A DNA stretch of 64,000 nucleotides from an uncultured Bacteroidales bacterium (GCA_963753835.1 CAVWDP010000002.1:99495-163494); one strand, 5' to 3'; numbered from the stretch's first letter, positions 1 to 9,547 are shown. The notes: generated from the letters alone by a model not told the origin. Numbers and translations: made by a program.

Positions 1-827
1 CCCCCATCCAGTGTTCTGTATAATCCCTGAGTAGTGGCGGCATATATTGTTTGGTATGCTGAATTTGGATCCATCAGCAATCGATTAACCCTCACCTTTT
101 GACTGGCAGTAAAGCTAAGGCCAGCTGTGGTCCAGGTCGCACCTCCATCAACAGACTTCATTACACCAACACTGTTATTATCATTGCTTTGCTGGCCTCC
201 AAGCGACCAGATGGATCCACCATCGCGGTCGCCGGTTGCAATATAGAGGGTATTTGGCCCTACCACAGGTTTGATCACAAGAATATCACTCACCCCCAGA
301 ACGGATAGGTCATCATTCAGCACCGTCCATGTGGAGCCATCGTTGGTTGTGTGCCAGATTCCCCCGGAAGCAGCACCTAGATAATATTCAGTTGTGCTTC
401 CTGGTACAAAGGCAACACAATTGATTCTTCCCAGGCCGGCATATCCACCAGGAGATGTACTTGGCCCCATGCTGGTCCAATTACCTGCCAGGCTCTTATT
501 ATCATCTGCTAAAGACGCATAATACTTATCAAGTTCTTTCTTATCGGGGAATTCGCCTGTTGTAGGGTCAACCCTATTCTCCCAGTACCATTCCCATCGC
601 TTGAATAATTTATAATATGGGACCTTTACCTCTTCCCCATCCTTCATGTAATACCCTTTGTCTACATTGAAAGGTTCCCAATAATCATAAAAGGCTTTTT
701 GTATTTCAAAAAAACTAAGTGTTCCACTTTCCAGTTTATCCTGAGGAAGGTCTTGTATCCATTCCTGTGAGCGGACTGTACCAAAAAGTAAAATTGAGCA
801 TAAAACCAGGAGGGTAAAATGTTTCAT
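1..827 (-). CDS. Secreted BNR/sortilin-type beta-propeller protein, N-terminal part (C-terminus lies beyond the left window edge)
   Basis: Minus-strand frame is open to the left edge. ATG (revcomp of 825-827) gives the signal peptide MKHFTLLVLCSILLFGTVRSQ. Asp-box-like motifs follow (TNDGSTWTV, SVDGGATWT). Confidence 0.7.
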   Translation of the reverse strand, partial: MKHFTLLVLCSILLFGTVRSQEWIQDLPQDKLESGTLSFFEIQKAFYDYWEPFNVDKGYYMKDGEEVKVPYYKLFKRWEWYWENRVDPTTGEFPDKKELDKYYASLADDNKSLAGNWTSMGPSTSPGGYAGLGRINCVAFVPGSTTEYYLGAASGGIWHTTNDGSTWTVLNDDLSVLGVSDILVIKPVVGPNTLYIATGDRDGGSIWSLGGQQSNDNNSVGVMKSVDGGATWTTAGLSFTASQKVRVNRLLMDPNSAYQTIYAATTQGLYRTLDG

Positions 828-1010
828 GGCTATAAAAATTTGGTCGTTTTTGGGCTGTTTAGATAACTTAAAACTATGTATACGCCTTTTCTATATATAA
901 GTTACCTTATATACAAAGTTAATATGAAAAATAGCAAAAAGCGAATTATTATTGAAAAGGGGATGTTAAAGCATGAACATCAGCATCGTACAAGCAAAAT
1001 TGTAAATAAA

Positions 1011-1039
1011 AAAAGCCCCCCGGATCGGAGGGCTTGTTT
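1011..1039 (-). terminator. Intrinsic terminator-like hairpin after the EF-G paralogue
   Basis: AAAAAAAGCCCCCCGGATCGGAGGGCTTGTTTTT: GC stem AAGCCC/GGGCTT flanked by an A-run and a T-run, directly downstream of the stop at 1040. Confidence 0.55.
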
Positions 1040-3235
1040 TTATTCTTCTTCGCTTTGTTCTTCGTAAGATTTAAGAAGCTTATCCTGTACATCAGGTGGT
1101 ACCTGTGCATATTCCGCAAAGGTCATCTCATAAGAAGCGCGTCCGCTTGTTAATGAACTCAGGGCTGTTGAATACCTGTTCATCTCTGCCAGTGGCACGC
1201 GGGCTTTGATAGAGCCTCCATCCATACCCATGATGATGGCACGACGTCCCTGCAGGTCGGTCATAACGCCACCCATTTTATCTTCGGGCACCATCACTTC
1301 CACATCATAAATTGGTTCCATGATCTTCGGGCCGGCTTCTTTAAATGCCAGGCTGAAAGCATTCCGGCCTGCCAGTTTAAAGGAAATTTCATTAGAGTCG
1401 ACAGAGTGCATCTTGCCATCATATACCATTACGCGGATATCACGGGCATAAGAGCCAGTGAGGGGACCACGCTCAATGCGTTCCATGATCCCTTTGAGAA
1501 TGGCAGGAAGGAACCTGGCATCGATGGCACCACCAACGATACAGTTGTAGAAAATAAGTTTACCGCCCCATTCGAGTTCAATTTCCTCCTTGCCCCTGAC
1601 GTTAACGGTAACCTCAGAGTCACCCTTAATGATACTGAGCGGGTTAACGGAAGACATTTTTAGCTGTTGTTTCAGTTTGAATTTTTTAGGATCTTCCATT
1701 CCTTCTGTATAGGGCTCGATGAGCATATATACTTCACCGAACTGGCCCGATCCACCAGATTGTTTTTTATGCAGGTAGTTGGCTTGAGATACCCTGGTGA
1801 TGGTTTCTCGGTAAGGGATCTTAGGTGTAAAGAATTCGATAGATATCTTATATTGATTTTCGAGGTGCCACTTCATAATATTGAGGTGCAGCTCGCCCTG
1901 TCCTTCCACGATCAACTGACGGAGTTCTTTCGAATACCCGGCAATAATGGTGGGATCAGATTTATGCATTTCGTTGAGTGCCAAACCAAGTTTCTCATCA
2001 TCAGCCTGGTTAACTGCTTTGATGGCTGCACGGAATTTAGGGTTTGGGAACTCAATTGCAGGGATTGAATCATCCCCTCCCTTGAGTGAATTAAGGGTAT
2101 TGTTGGTATGTGTATTCTTTAGTTTAATGGTAGCGAAAATATCACCAGCATATACCCTGTCAAGTTTTTCACGGTTTTTGCCACAGAAAGCAAATAATTG
2201 TGAGATCCTTTCCTTTGTCGAATTCTCGGCATTGTTCATGTCCATGCCTTCAGTGATCTCCCCACTATAGAGTTTTAAGAATGTAACCTCACCAAGATGA
2301 GATTCGATGGTTGTTTTAAAAACAAAGGCAGTTGCGGGATCAGATGTTTTACATGCAAGCTCTTTCCCACCGGTGGTTTTAATTGCCGGCATTTCATCAG
2401 GTGATGGAGCATTGTTTGTTATAAATTCAAGCAACCTGTCAACACCCATATCATGCTTCGCATTGATGCACATCACAGGGAAGAAGTTCCTTGTGGTTAG
2501 ACCGGTTTTAAGCCCGCTTCTCATTTCGTCTTCAGAAAGGGTGCCGTTTTCGAAAAAGATTTCCATGAGTGATTCGTCGCTGGCAGCAAGGTCTTCGATC
2601 ATGGCTGCCTGCATTTCTGTGGCTTTGTCTTTTTCGTTATCAGGGATGTCAAGAATTTCTGCTTTTCCACCGTCATCGGCATATTTAAACATTTTCATCT
2701 TGATCAGATCGATGAAAGAATTAAATCCGATACCGGCATTTACGGGATACTGCACAACAGTGATACCAGCACTGAAGTTTGATTTCATCTGGTTGACGGT
2801 CTCATCAAAGTTTGAGTTTTCATGTTCCAGATGATTGATCGCGAAAATGATAGGCGTACCCTGTTTGTTAGTCAGTCGCCAGACCAACTCAGTCCCCACC
2901 TCAACACCATTTTGGGCATTCACTACTACAACGGCTGTATCAACCACCTTGAGTGTTGAGACCACTTCACCCACGAAGTCATCAAAGCCAGGAGTGTCGA
3001 TGATATTGATCTTTTTATTCTGGTACAGGGTGTATAATACGGTTGAAGAAATGGAATTCTGACGTTCAAGCTCGATTTCCCTGTAGTCGGATGCAGTATT
3101 CTTATCATCTACGGATCCTCTCCGCTTGATCAGGCCACCTTCAAAGAGCATACTCTCAACGAGGGTTGTTTTACCTGATTTGGCACCGCCTAAAATAGCG
3201 ACATTCTTAATTTCATTCGTTTGATAGGCCTTCAT
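1040..3235 (-). CDS. Elongation factor G family paralogue (EF-G2-like, probably GTPase-impaired)
   Basis: 731-aa ORF with G1 GGAKSGKT, G3 DTPG and EF-G-like length and domain order. G3 reads DTPGF (catalytic His replaced by Phe) and the G4 NKxD position reads NHLE. Confidence 0.85.
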   Translation of the reverse strand: MKAYQTNEIKNVAILGGAKSGKTTLVESMLFEGGLIKRRGSVDDKNTASDYREIELERQNSISSTVLYTLYQNKKINIIDTPGFDDFVGEVVSTLKVVDTAVVVVNAQNGVEVGTELVWRLTNKQGTPIIFAINHLEHENSNFDETVNQMKSNFSAGITVVQYPVNAGIGFNSFIDLIKMKMFKYADDGGKAEILDIPDNEKDKATEMQAAMIEDLAASDESLMEIFFENGTLSEDEMRSGLKTGLTTRNFFPVMCINAKHDMGVDRLLEFITNNAPSPDEMPAIKTTGGKELACKTSDPATAFVFKTTIESHLGEVTFLKLYSGEITEGMDMNNAENSTKERISQLFAFCGKNREKLDRVYAGDIFATIKLKNTHTNNTLNSLKGGDDSIPAIEFPNPKFRAAIKAVNQADDEKLGLALNEMHKSDPTIIAGYSKELRQLIVEGQGELHLNIMKWHLENQYKISIEFFTPKIPYRETITRVSQANYLHKKQSGGSGQFGEVYMLIEPYTEGMEDPKKFKLKQQLKMSSVNPLSIIKGDSEVTVNVRGKEEIELEWGGKLIFYNCIVGGAIDARFLPAILKGIMERIERGPLTGSYARDIRVMVYDGKMHSVDSNEISFKLAGRNAFSLAFKEAGPKIMEPIYDVEVMVPEDKMGGVMTDLQGRRAIIMGMDGGSIKARVPLAEMNRYSTALSSLTSGRASYEMTFAEYAQVPPDVQDKLLKSYEEQSEEE

Positions 3236-3416
3236 ATGGATTCTGTTGTCTTAAGTTAGTTAAAGATTGCCCTAAAAGGGCTGCAAAAGTATAAAAATCT
3301 GATTAATAATAAAAACGAAAAGATGTTGGATGTTGGATTTTGGATGTTGGATTAAATTTAGATGCTAAATGCTAAATGTTAAATGCTCAATGATAAATGG
3401 AACAGACCCAAACTTC

Positions 3417-4391
3417 TTATAGATTCTCAATCATCCTAAGAGCCCTTTCCCACCCTTCCTCATCCAGCCTGGCTCCGGTGATCTCAATGATTTTTCCCGC
3501 GAGAATGCCTCCAATCATAGCACATTTGTCGAGTGGCCATTTCTGGCTAAGGCCATAAAGAAAGCCAGCAGCATAAATGTCCCCGGCCCCATTGGTGTCA
3601 ACAACATCGGCATCGATGGCGGGGATGCTGTAGATCTGATCGCCGCTCCTTACCATTGAGCCATCTTTACCAATCTTTACAACGGCAATTTCACAAATTG
3701 CAGCCAGTTCGTTCAATGCATCTTCCGGGGCTTTTCCGGTAAATGATTTTGCCTCTTCCTCATTGGCAAAAACAATGTCAACATATTCTTCAACGATGTA
3801 TTTAAGGAATTCGAGGTTTTCTTCTACCACGTTATAGCTTGCCAGATCGAGAGAAACCAGCAGCCCCTTTTCTTTGGCCAGGCGAAGTGCTTTTTCAAGC
3901 AATTCATGGTTCTGAACAAGATAGCCTTCAATGTGACAATAGTCATATCCGGAGAAATGTTCTTCAGACAGGTCTTGTGCACATAATTCTATTGCAGCAC
4001 CTAGATGAGTTGCAAAAGTGCGTTCCTTGTCGGGGCTGATCAGGGCAACTGCCCTTCCGGAATGAGTATCACTTAAAAACAACACCGGATTGATATTGCT
4101 TTTTTCAAGGTCTTCCCTGAAGATCCTGCCATAATCATCTTTTCCTGTCTTACCGATAAAGCCTGTTTCGAGCCCCAACCTGGCCAGGCCATAAATGGTG
4201 TTGGCTGCTGACCCACCGGAGGCAAAAGATGACTCAAGGTGTTCGCTGGCACTTCTCACCTTGCCTGACTTTTTAATATCTACCAGTTGCATGCTGCCTT
4301 TGGGTAATTCAAGTTCCTCCAGGAGTACATCATCTTCCAGGAATACGATGATATCCACAAGGGCATTGCCAAGACCAATTATTTTTGTCAT
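3417..4391 (-). CDS. PfkB-family carbohydrate/nucleoside kinase
   Basis: ORF 3417..4418. PfkB signature DTNGAGD near the C-terminus and N-terminal GLGNALVD. Start at MTKIIGLGN (4391) is preferred; the upstream ATG at 4418 is possible. Confidence 0.8.
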   Translation of the reverse strand: MTKIIGLGNALVDIIVFLEDDVLLEELELPKGSMQLVDIKKSGKVRSASEHLESSFASGGSAANTIYGLARLGLETGFIGKTGKDDYGRIFREDLEKSNINPVLFLSDTHSGRAVALISPDKERTFATHLGAAIELCAQDLSEEHFSGYDYCHIEGYLVQNHELLEKALRLAKEKGLLVSLDLASYNVVEENLEFLKYIVEEYVDIVFANEEEAKSFTGKAPEDALNELAAICEIAVVKIGKDGSMVRSGDQIYSIPAIDADVVDTNGAGDIYAAGFLYGLSQKWPLDKCAMIGGILAGKIIEITGARLDEEGWERALRMIENL

Positions 4392-4475
4392 AATATTTAT
4401 TCTTTTTTTGGAATTCAAGTGGCAAAAATAGATAATTACAGGATAATGAGCGTTTCCGGGTAGATTTTAACCTGG

Positions 4476-4556
4476 GTCATTTCGACCACGGGGAGAAATC
4501 TGTAGCTGAATATATTTAACAGATTTCTCCTTACGCTTTGCTACAGTCGAAATGAC
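4476..4556. repeat. Nested palindromic element (GTCATTTCGA...GAGAAATCTGT...ACAGATTTCTCC...TCGAAATGAC), copy 1
   Basis: Outer 11-bp inverted repeat GTCATTTCGAC/GTCGAAATGAC and inner 12-bp inverted repeat GGAGAAATCTGT/ACAGATTTCTCC. A second copy lies at 59126-59196. Confidence 0.8.
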
Positions 4557-4568
4557 AATGTTTTTGTA

Positions 4569-5729
4569 TTATCTGGGAATAGAGGCAATATCTTCCAGGG
4601 CCGCAATGGCGGCATCAATATGTGCTTCGGTATTAAATGGCCCAATGCTGAGCCTGACAGTGCCATGGATATCGACTGTTCCAATTCCCTCATGAACCAG
4701 GGGTGCACATTGCAGACCGGTACGGCAGGCAATATTATAATCAACATCCATCATAGTACCTACATCGCCAGAGTCAAACTTATCGATATTTATACTAAGG
4801 ACCGCATTCCTGTTGGCAGGGTCATCAGCACAATATAGTGTGATATTTCCAATGTCTTTTATCCCATTTTTGAGTTTATTCCAAAGCTTCATCTCCTGTG
4901 CATGCAAGGCTTCTATACCTTGCTCCAGCACCCATTTTGTTCCTGCGAACAGCCCAGCCACACCTATGATGTTCAGGGTTCCACACTCCATCCTGTAGGG
5001 AAACTCTGCCAGGTGTGTTTTCTGTGCCGAACGCACACCCGTACCACCAAAGCGGGTTCCTTTTATGGGCAGATTTTCTGTGATATAAGAACCCCCGATT
5101 CCTGTTGGCCCCATCAGGCACTTATGGCCGGTAAAGACAAGAGCATCTATGCCCATAGCTTTTATATCAATGGGAATGGCACCCGCACTCTGGCTTGCAT
5201 CTACCACGAAATATACACCAGCCTCTTTACAGATCTTTCCGATCTCGGTAATGGGCTGCACTGTCCCAATCACGTTGGAGCTATGGTTTACAACAACCAT
5301 TTTTGTGTTCTTACGGATGGCTTTTTTAATGTCGTCGGGATGTACATAGCCATGTTTGTCGAAAGGCACATGGGTGACCTCCGCTACTCCGTTTAATGCA
5401 AGATGATGCAAGGGTCGAAGGACAGAATTGTGTTCCAACATGGTGGTGACCACATGATCGCCTTTTTCGGCCAGGCCCATAATGATCATATTGAGGGAGT
5501 CACTTGCATTATAGCTAAAGGTCAGCCTGTTCGGATCATCTCCATTGAATATCCCGGCCAGCAATTTTCGGGCATTTTGTACAATCTCTTCAGTTTCTAT
5601 GGCTGCATCAAAGCCTGAGCGTCCGGGACTCACACCTTTTGTGCGATAAAAACTGTCCATAAATTCATAAACCACTTCTGGTTTCGGAAATGAAGTGGCC
5701 GAATTATCAAGATAGATTAAGTTGCTCAT
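4569..5729 (-). CDS. Class V aminotransferase / cysteine desulfurase (SufS/CsdA-like)
   Basis: 386 aa with PLP-lysine context FTGHKCLMGP and a C-terminal active-site loop RTGLQCAP resembling the group II RxGxHCA motif. Confidence 0.8.
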   Translation of the reverse strand: MSNLIYLDNSATSFPKPEVVYEFMDSFYRTKGVSPGRSGFDAAIETEEIVQNARKLLAGIFNGDDPNRLTFSYNASDSLNMIIMGLAEKGDHVVTTMLEHNSVLRPLHHLALNGVAEVTHVPFDKHGYVHPDDIKKAIRKNTKMVVVNHSSNVIGTVQPITEIGKICKEAGVYFVVDASQSAGAIPIDIKAMGIDALVFTGHKCLMGPTGIGGSYITENLPIKGTRFGGTGVRSAQKTHLAEFPYRMECGTLNIIGVAGLFAGTKWVLEQGIEALHAQEMKLWNKLKNGIKDIGNITLYCADDPANRNAVLSINIDKFDSGDVGTMMDVDYNIACRTGLQCAPLVHEGIGTVDIHGTVRLSIGPFNTEAHIDAAIAALEDIASIPR

Positions 5730-5751
5730 TATATTTTAGTGTTTCAGTGTT

Positions 5752-7050
5752 TCAGTGTTCCAGCACGATGGCATCTGCCACGATCTCTGCCAGGGTCTTG
5801 ATCTTCACATTAAGCTTGTATGCGGCATTGGTTTGCATAAGCTGGTCAACACAATTATGACAGGGAGTTGCCACTACGGTGACCCCTGTTGCGCTGATCT
5901 GATCGGCTTTCAATTTCGCTATACCCATCCTCCGTTCATTATACTCGCTCATGGAAAGTTGTCCGCCACCACCACCACAACAAAGGTTATCTGTTCCGGA
6001 TGGTGTCATTTCCACGAAGTTCTTCACGCATTTTTCCAGGATATACCGTTGTTCTTCATAAATACCCCCACCACGGGTGAGGTTACAGGGGTCGTGCAGG
6101 GTAACCGGCTCCTGGTTCTTTTCAGGGTCAACCTTGATTCTGCCTTCACGGATATATTCTGCAAGCAATTCTACAGAGGTAATTACATCAAAGTCAAATT
6201 CTTTTTCAAGATAGTTGGGAGCTTCCCATCGGAATGCACGTGATCCATGCCCGCACTCGGCCAGGACACAACGCTTTGATCCCAGGCTCAACATCTCATC
6301 CTCCATGCGCTTCGCAATCACCTTGCCCTCTTCAAGGCTACCTGAAAAGTAGGCATAATTGGTCACATCGTACATTTTAGTGGAGATGGTCCAGCTTTCA
6401 TCAGCGGCATAAAAAACTTTGGCCATGGCTGATATAGATAGCGGAAAGAATTTCGGTTCCCTGGGATTAAGGGTATACATGATATCCTTCCCCTTTTCGT
6501 CTAACGGGATGATGGCTTTGTCGTCGTTCACTTCAAACTGCAGGTCTTCCTCAAGCCACTTCAGGGTATCCACAAATTCTTCGGTAGCGATGCCCATATT
6601 GTTTCCGGTGGAGATGGCAGTATCGACAGTCTTTTGCAGTGTTTCTGGCACATAACCCATTTCTGCAAGCATGGAGCGACCGGTCCGGATCAGGAATTCG
6701 ATATCTACGCCAACAGAGCAATGTTTATTACAGCGTCCGCACATGGTACAGCTTCCAAAAAGCAAGTCGACCATATCCTCAATGCTGGCATCATCGAGTT
6801 TCTTTGCTCCGGTGAGCCAGGGAAAGGCTTTTCCGCTTATAGTGTTATATCTCCGGTAAACAGAGGAGACGATATCCACTTTTTTAGCTGGTACAAAATG
6901 CTCATCTGGCTTCAATCGGTAATAAATGCAACTTTCGGCACAAAGACCGCAATGCACGCAGGCGTTGACATGGGTGAGCAGCTTGCTTCCGACATCCCGC
7001 TTCAGCACCTCAAGGCCTTTCCTGATTTTCTCGTCAGTGAGCTTTTCCAT
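5752..7050 (-). CDS. Fe-S oxidoreductase of the DsrK/HdrD/GlpC type (2x[4Fe-4S] plus CCG domain)
   Basis: 432 aa with two CxxCxxCxxxC motifs (CVHCGLCAESC, CTMCGRCNKHC). C-terminal CCG-domain signature CCGGGGG ... PCHNC. Confidence 0.8.
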   Translation of the reverse strand: MEKLTDEKIRKGLEVLKRDVGSKLLTHVNACVHCGLCAESCIYYRLKPDEHFVPAKKVDIVSSVYRRYNTISGKAFPWLTGAKKLDDASIEDMVDLLFGSCTMCGRCNKHCSVGVDIEFLIRTGRSMLAEMGYVPETLQKTVDTAISTGNNMGIATEEFVDTLKWLEEDLQFEVNDDKAIIPLDEKGKDIMYTLNPREPKFFPLSISAMAKVFYAADESWTISTKMYDVTNYAYFSGSLEEGKVIAKRMEDEMLSLGSKRCVLAECGHGSRAFRWEAPNYLEKEFDFDVITSVELLAEYIREGRIKVDPEKNQEPVTLHDPCNLTRGGGIYEEQRYILEKCVKNFVEMTPSGTDNLCCGGGGGQLSMSEYNERRMGIAKLKADQISATGVTVVATPCHNCVDQLMQTNAAYKLNVKIKTLAEIVADAIVLEH

Positions 7051-7053
7051 GTC

Positions 7054-7689
7054 TTACTTTTTAATGGGCTTAGGCGGCCACACCCCTCTCCAGCCATAAA
7101 AATATCCAAGGTGATAACGGGCAGCAAAGAAGTAAACAGCATGTTTCAGTTTTCCCAGGGGAAAATATAATAGCAGCAGGGAAACAATAATATAATATGC
7201 AGGGCCAAAGTTGGCATCGATATATAAGAGCATAGTGATCAACTGAAAGTCGGTAACCAGTATATTGGAAATGTAATCGTCGGGGTTTGACAAAGCACGC
7301 AGTTCATGTTTTGTCAGCCGTTTGATCAGGATGCCGATTCCGCAGATGACAGAAATACCCATTATGGCCACCACCGCCCAATTCATCCAGCCATGCAGCC
7401 AGATGTTGAAAATGTGGAGGAAGAATAATAATATAGCCAGAAAGGTACCAATATGATAAATGATCCCGGCAATGTAGGTAGGCATGTGCATGTAAGCCGA
7501 TTCTTTCACTTTCGGACTCATGGCCCCGGTGAAAGAATAGCGAACAGCTTTTCCAATATGTCCAGCGCGCCTGGCATATTCCGGAGGATTGCCAAGGCTG
7601 ATGATCCTGTAGAAGTGATAAACACAGCTAAGCAAACAGATGAAAAAGGCAATAATTGCCACCCATTGATACCAGATCATAATAAGCAA
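7054..7689 (-). CDS. NarI/DsrM/HdrE-like polytopic membrane protein (putative di-haem b quinol-interacting subunit)
   Basis: 211 aa with about 5 hydrophobic helices and several intramembrane His (YHF, IYHIG, FLHIF, WLHGW). Starts 3 nt after the downstream gene boundary, so the two look translationally coupled. Confidence 0.6.
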   Translation of the reverse strand: MLIMIWYQWVAIIAFFICLLSCVYHFYRIISLGNPPEYARRAGHIGKAVRYSFTGAMSPKVKESAYMHMPTYIAGIIYHIGTFLAILLFFLHIFNIWLHGWMNWAVVAIMGISVICGIGILIKRLTKHELRALSNPDDYISNILVTDFQLITMLLYIDANFGPAYYIIVSLLLLYFPLGKLKHAVYFFAARYHLGYFYGWRGVWPPKPIKK

Positions 7690-7693
7690 TTAA

Positions 7694-8011
7694 TTATACA
7701 CAACCATCAGGTTTTGGTAATCCTGCAACCCTGCAGGCACCCCTTGCAGGACCGAGGGGAAAGAGCTCATAGATCTCCCTGAGCCGTATCCCTGTTTCCT
7801 GGCATATGGTCCGTACCATGGGGGCCATTCCTTTTTCTTCCCAATTCTTCCGGATAATATCTACAATAGCCCAATGCTTTTCATTCATTTCTTCGATGCC
7901 GTCGTGTTTAGCGATCAGGCGTGCAACCTCTTTGTCCCAGATCTCAGGATCAGACAGGAAGCCATCACCGTCAACATCAAATGTTCTGCCTTCAATTTCT
8001 ATTGTTGCCAT
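7694..8011 (-). CDS. dsrC: DsrC/TusE-family sulfur-relay protein, two-cysteine (DsrC-type) C-terminal arm
   Basis: 105 aa ending ...GACRVAGLPKPDGCV. It has a penultimate Cys plus a second Cys exactly 10 residues upstream, the DsrC pattern (TusE has only the last Cys). Confidence 0.8.
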   Translation of the reverse strand: MATIEIEGRTFDVDGDGFLSDPEIWDKEVARLIAKHDGIEEMNEKHWAIVDIIRKNWEEKGMAPMVRTICQETGIRLREIYELFPLGPARGACRVAGLPKPDGCV

Positions 8012-8030
8012 AAGGTTTGGTTATAAATGG

Positions 8031-8276
8031 TTATTCGTTTTCTTCTTCAAACTTATCGATGATCTCATCGAGGCTGAGGGGAGTGTTAGGAAGCACAAAA
8101 TCAGGACAAAAGCCCAGGGATTTCTTGGTATTGAATCGTGTGCAATTGCTCCACACCTCTTCATTTTTCCTGCACCACAATTCCAGGTATTCTTCCTTCT
8201 TTTTAACGTCAGGTATAACAATGCTTGTTGATACCATCCTGCAGGTATTAATATTCGGGCAAAGATTTTCAGACAT
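8031..8276 (-). CDS. Small Cys-rich acidic-tailed protein, function unknown (first gene of the DsrC operon)
   Basis: 81-aa ORF with 5 Cys (CPNINTC, WC, NC, FC) and an EEENE tail. It sits 19 nt upstream of dsrC on the same strand. No family recognised. Confidence 0.5.
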   Translation of the reverse strand: MSENLCPNINTCRMVSTSIVIPDVKKKEEYLELWCRKNEEVWSNCTRFNTKKSLGFCPDFVLPNTPLSLDEIIDKFEEENE

Positions 8277-8452
8277 AGGTTCAGTTTAAGAGGGCGAAAA
8301 TTATAAAAAATTCGCTATCTATATAGCTTAATATGTGTGGTTTTTAGTAATCTATATTGCTTTTAAATAGTAATAAGGGTACAGGGTACAGGGTTCAGGG
8401 TTTTGGAAAATCTCCTATATTTGTTTCACACATTAACCTAAAATCTACACTT

Positions 8453-9547
8453 ATGAAAAAAGTTTCCTTGTTAATCTTAAGTCTGATCATTGTGAATACG
8501 TGTTTTTCGCAGGATTATCTGGCCCGTGCCCGGGCAGATAAAGAATGGGGATATATTAATTATGAAGGTAAGTGGGTGATAAACCCTCAGTTTGCACATG
8601 TAAATGATTTCAGTGAAGGCCTTGCTGCCGTTGAGAAAGACGGTGAGTGGGGATTTGTTGATAAGGCAGGGAATTTCAAGATCAATCCCCAGTTCGATCA
8701 TGCAAGGGATTTTCATAATGGTCTTGCTGCAGTGAAGAAAGATAAAGAGTGGGGTTATGTTAACAGTGAGGGCAAGTGGGTGATCAACCCACAATTTGAA
8801 GATGCCGAGGATTTTGTTGGTGCCCTGGCTCCTGTAAATTCGGGAGGTGACTGGGGTTTTATTAATCCAAAAGGCACCTATGTTATCAATCCACAGTTCG
8901 ACAAAGTGAATCAATTTACAGAAAAGCTTGCTCCGGCACTAAAAGACAAACAGTGGGGCTATATTGACAATAAGGGAAATTGGGTGATCAATCCTCAATT
9001 TGAAAAAGCGGAGGCTTTTAATAATGGCATTGCCATGGTACGTAAAGGTGGAGAATGGGGATTTATTGATACCAAGGGAACCTATGTGATCAACCCACAA
9101 TTTGATAATGCCAGGGAATTTAGTGAGGGCCTCGCTGCAGTAAAAAAAGGGAAAGAATGGGGCTATATCGACAATAAAGGGAATTATATCATCAATCCCC
9201 AGTTCCTCAAAGCCAGGGATTTTACAGGCCAGCTGGCCGGAGTACTGAAAGGCAAGGAATGGGGTTTTATCGACGCTAAAGGCAATTATGTTGTGAACCC
9301 ACAGTTTACTGATGTGGAAGATTTCTCAAATGATAAAGCAGCTGTAAAGAAAGAGAAGGATTGGGGCTATGTGAACAGCAAGGGCGAATGGATTGTGAAC
9401 CCTCAATTTGAAAAAGCCCGCCCATTTGGGAAATCACGTGCAATGGTAAAAAAAGGTGGCGAATGGGGCTGGATCGATAATAAAGGCAAGTATGTGATCA
9501 ACCCACAATTCCCGAATGCATATCCATTTTCGAGTGTAGCCTGGTAA
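8453..9547 (+). CDS. WG-repeat (KWG-type) secreted protein
   Basis: Start at MKKVSLLILSLII (internal Met of ORF 8357..9547). Ten tandem 34-aa units of the form EWGYIDxKGxWVINPQFxxAxxFxxGLAxVKK. Confidence 0.8.
   Translation: MKKVSLLILSLIIVNTCFSQDYLARARADKEWGYINYEGKWVINPQFAHVNDFSEGLAAVEKDGEWGFVDKAGNFKINPQFDHARDFHNGLAAVKKDKEWGYVNSEGKWVINPQFEDAEDFVGALAPVNSGGDWGFINPKGTYVINPQFDKVNQFTEKLAPALKDKQWGYIDNKGNWVINPQFEKAEAFNNGIAMVRKGGEWGFIDTKGTYVINPQFDNAREFSEGLAAVKKGKEWGYIDNKGNYIINPQFLKARDFTGQLAGVLKGKEWGFIDAKGNYVVNPQFTDVEDFSNDKAAVKKEKDWGYVNSKGEWIVNPQFEKARPFGKSRAMVKKGGEWGWIDNKGKYVINPQFPNAYPFSSVAW

Noticed and set aside
876-1067. 63-aa ORF in the gap between the first two genes
   Set aside because: It is AT-rich with a low-complexity translation, runs through the terminator hairpin and has no motif.
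1406-3108. Plus-strand and short minus-strand ORFs inside the EF-G paralogue (1406..1663, 1667..2068, 1947..2270, 2307..2834, 2835..3062 and others)
   Set aside because: They are antisense or out-of-frame shadows of a long, motif-supported gene. The same logic was applied to shadow ORFs inside all other long CDSs (for example 5755..6243, 6634..7170, 17079..17342, 20317..20736, 52391..52887, 59350..60778).
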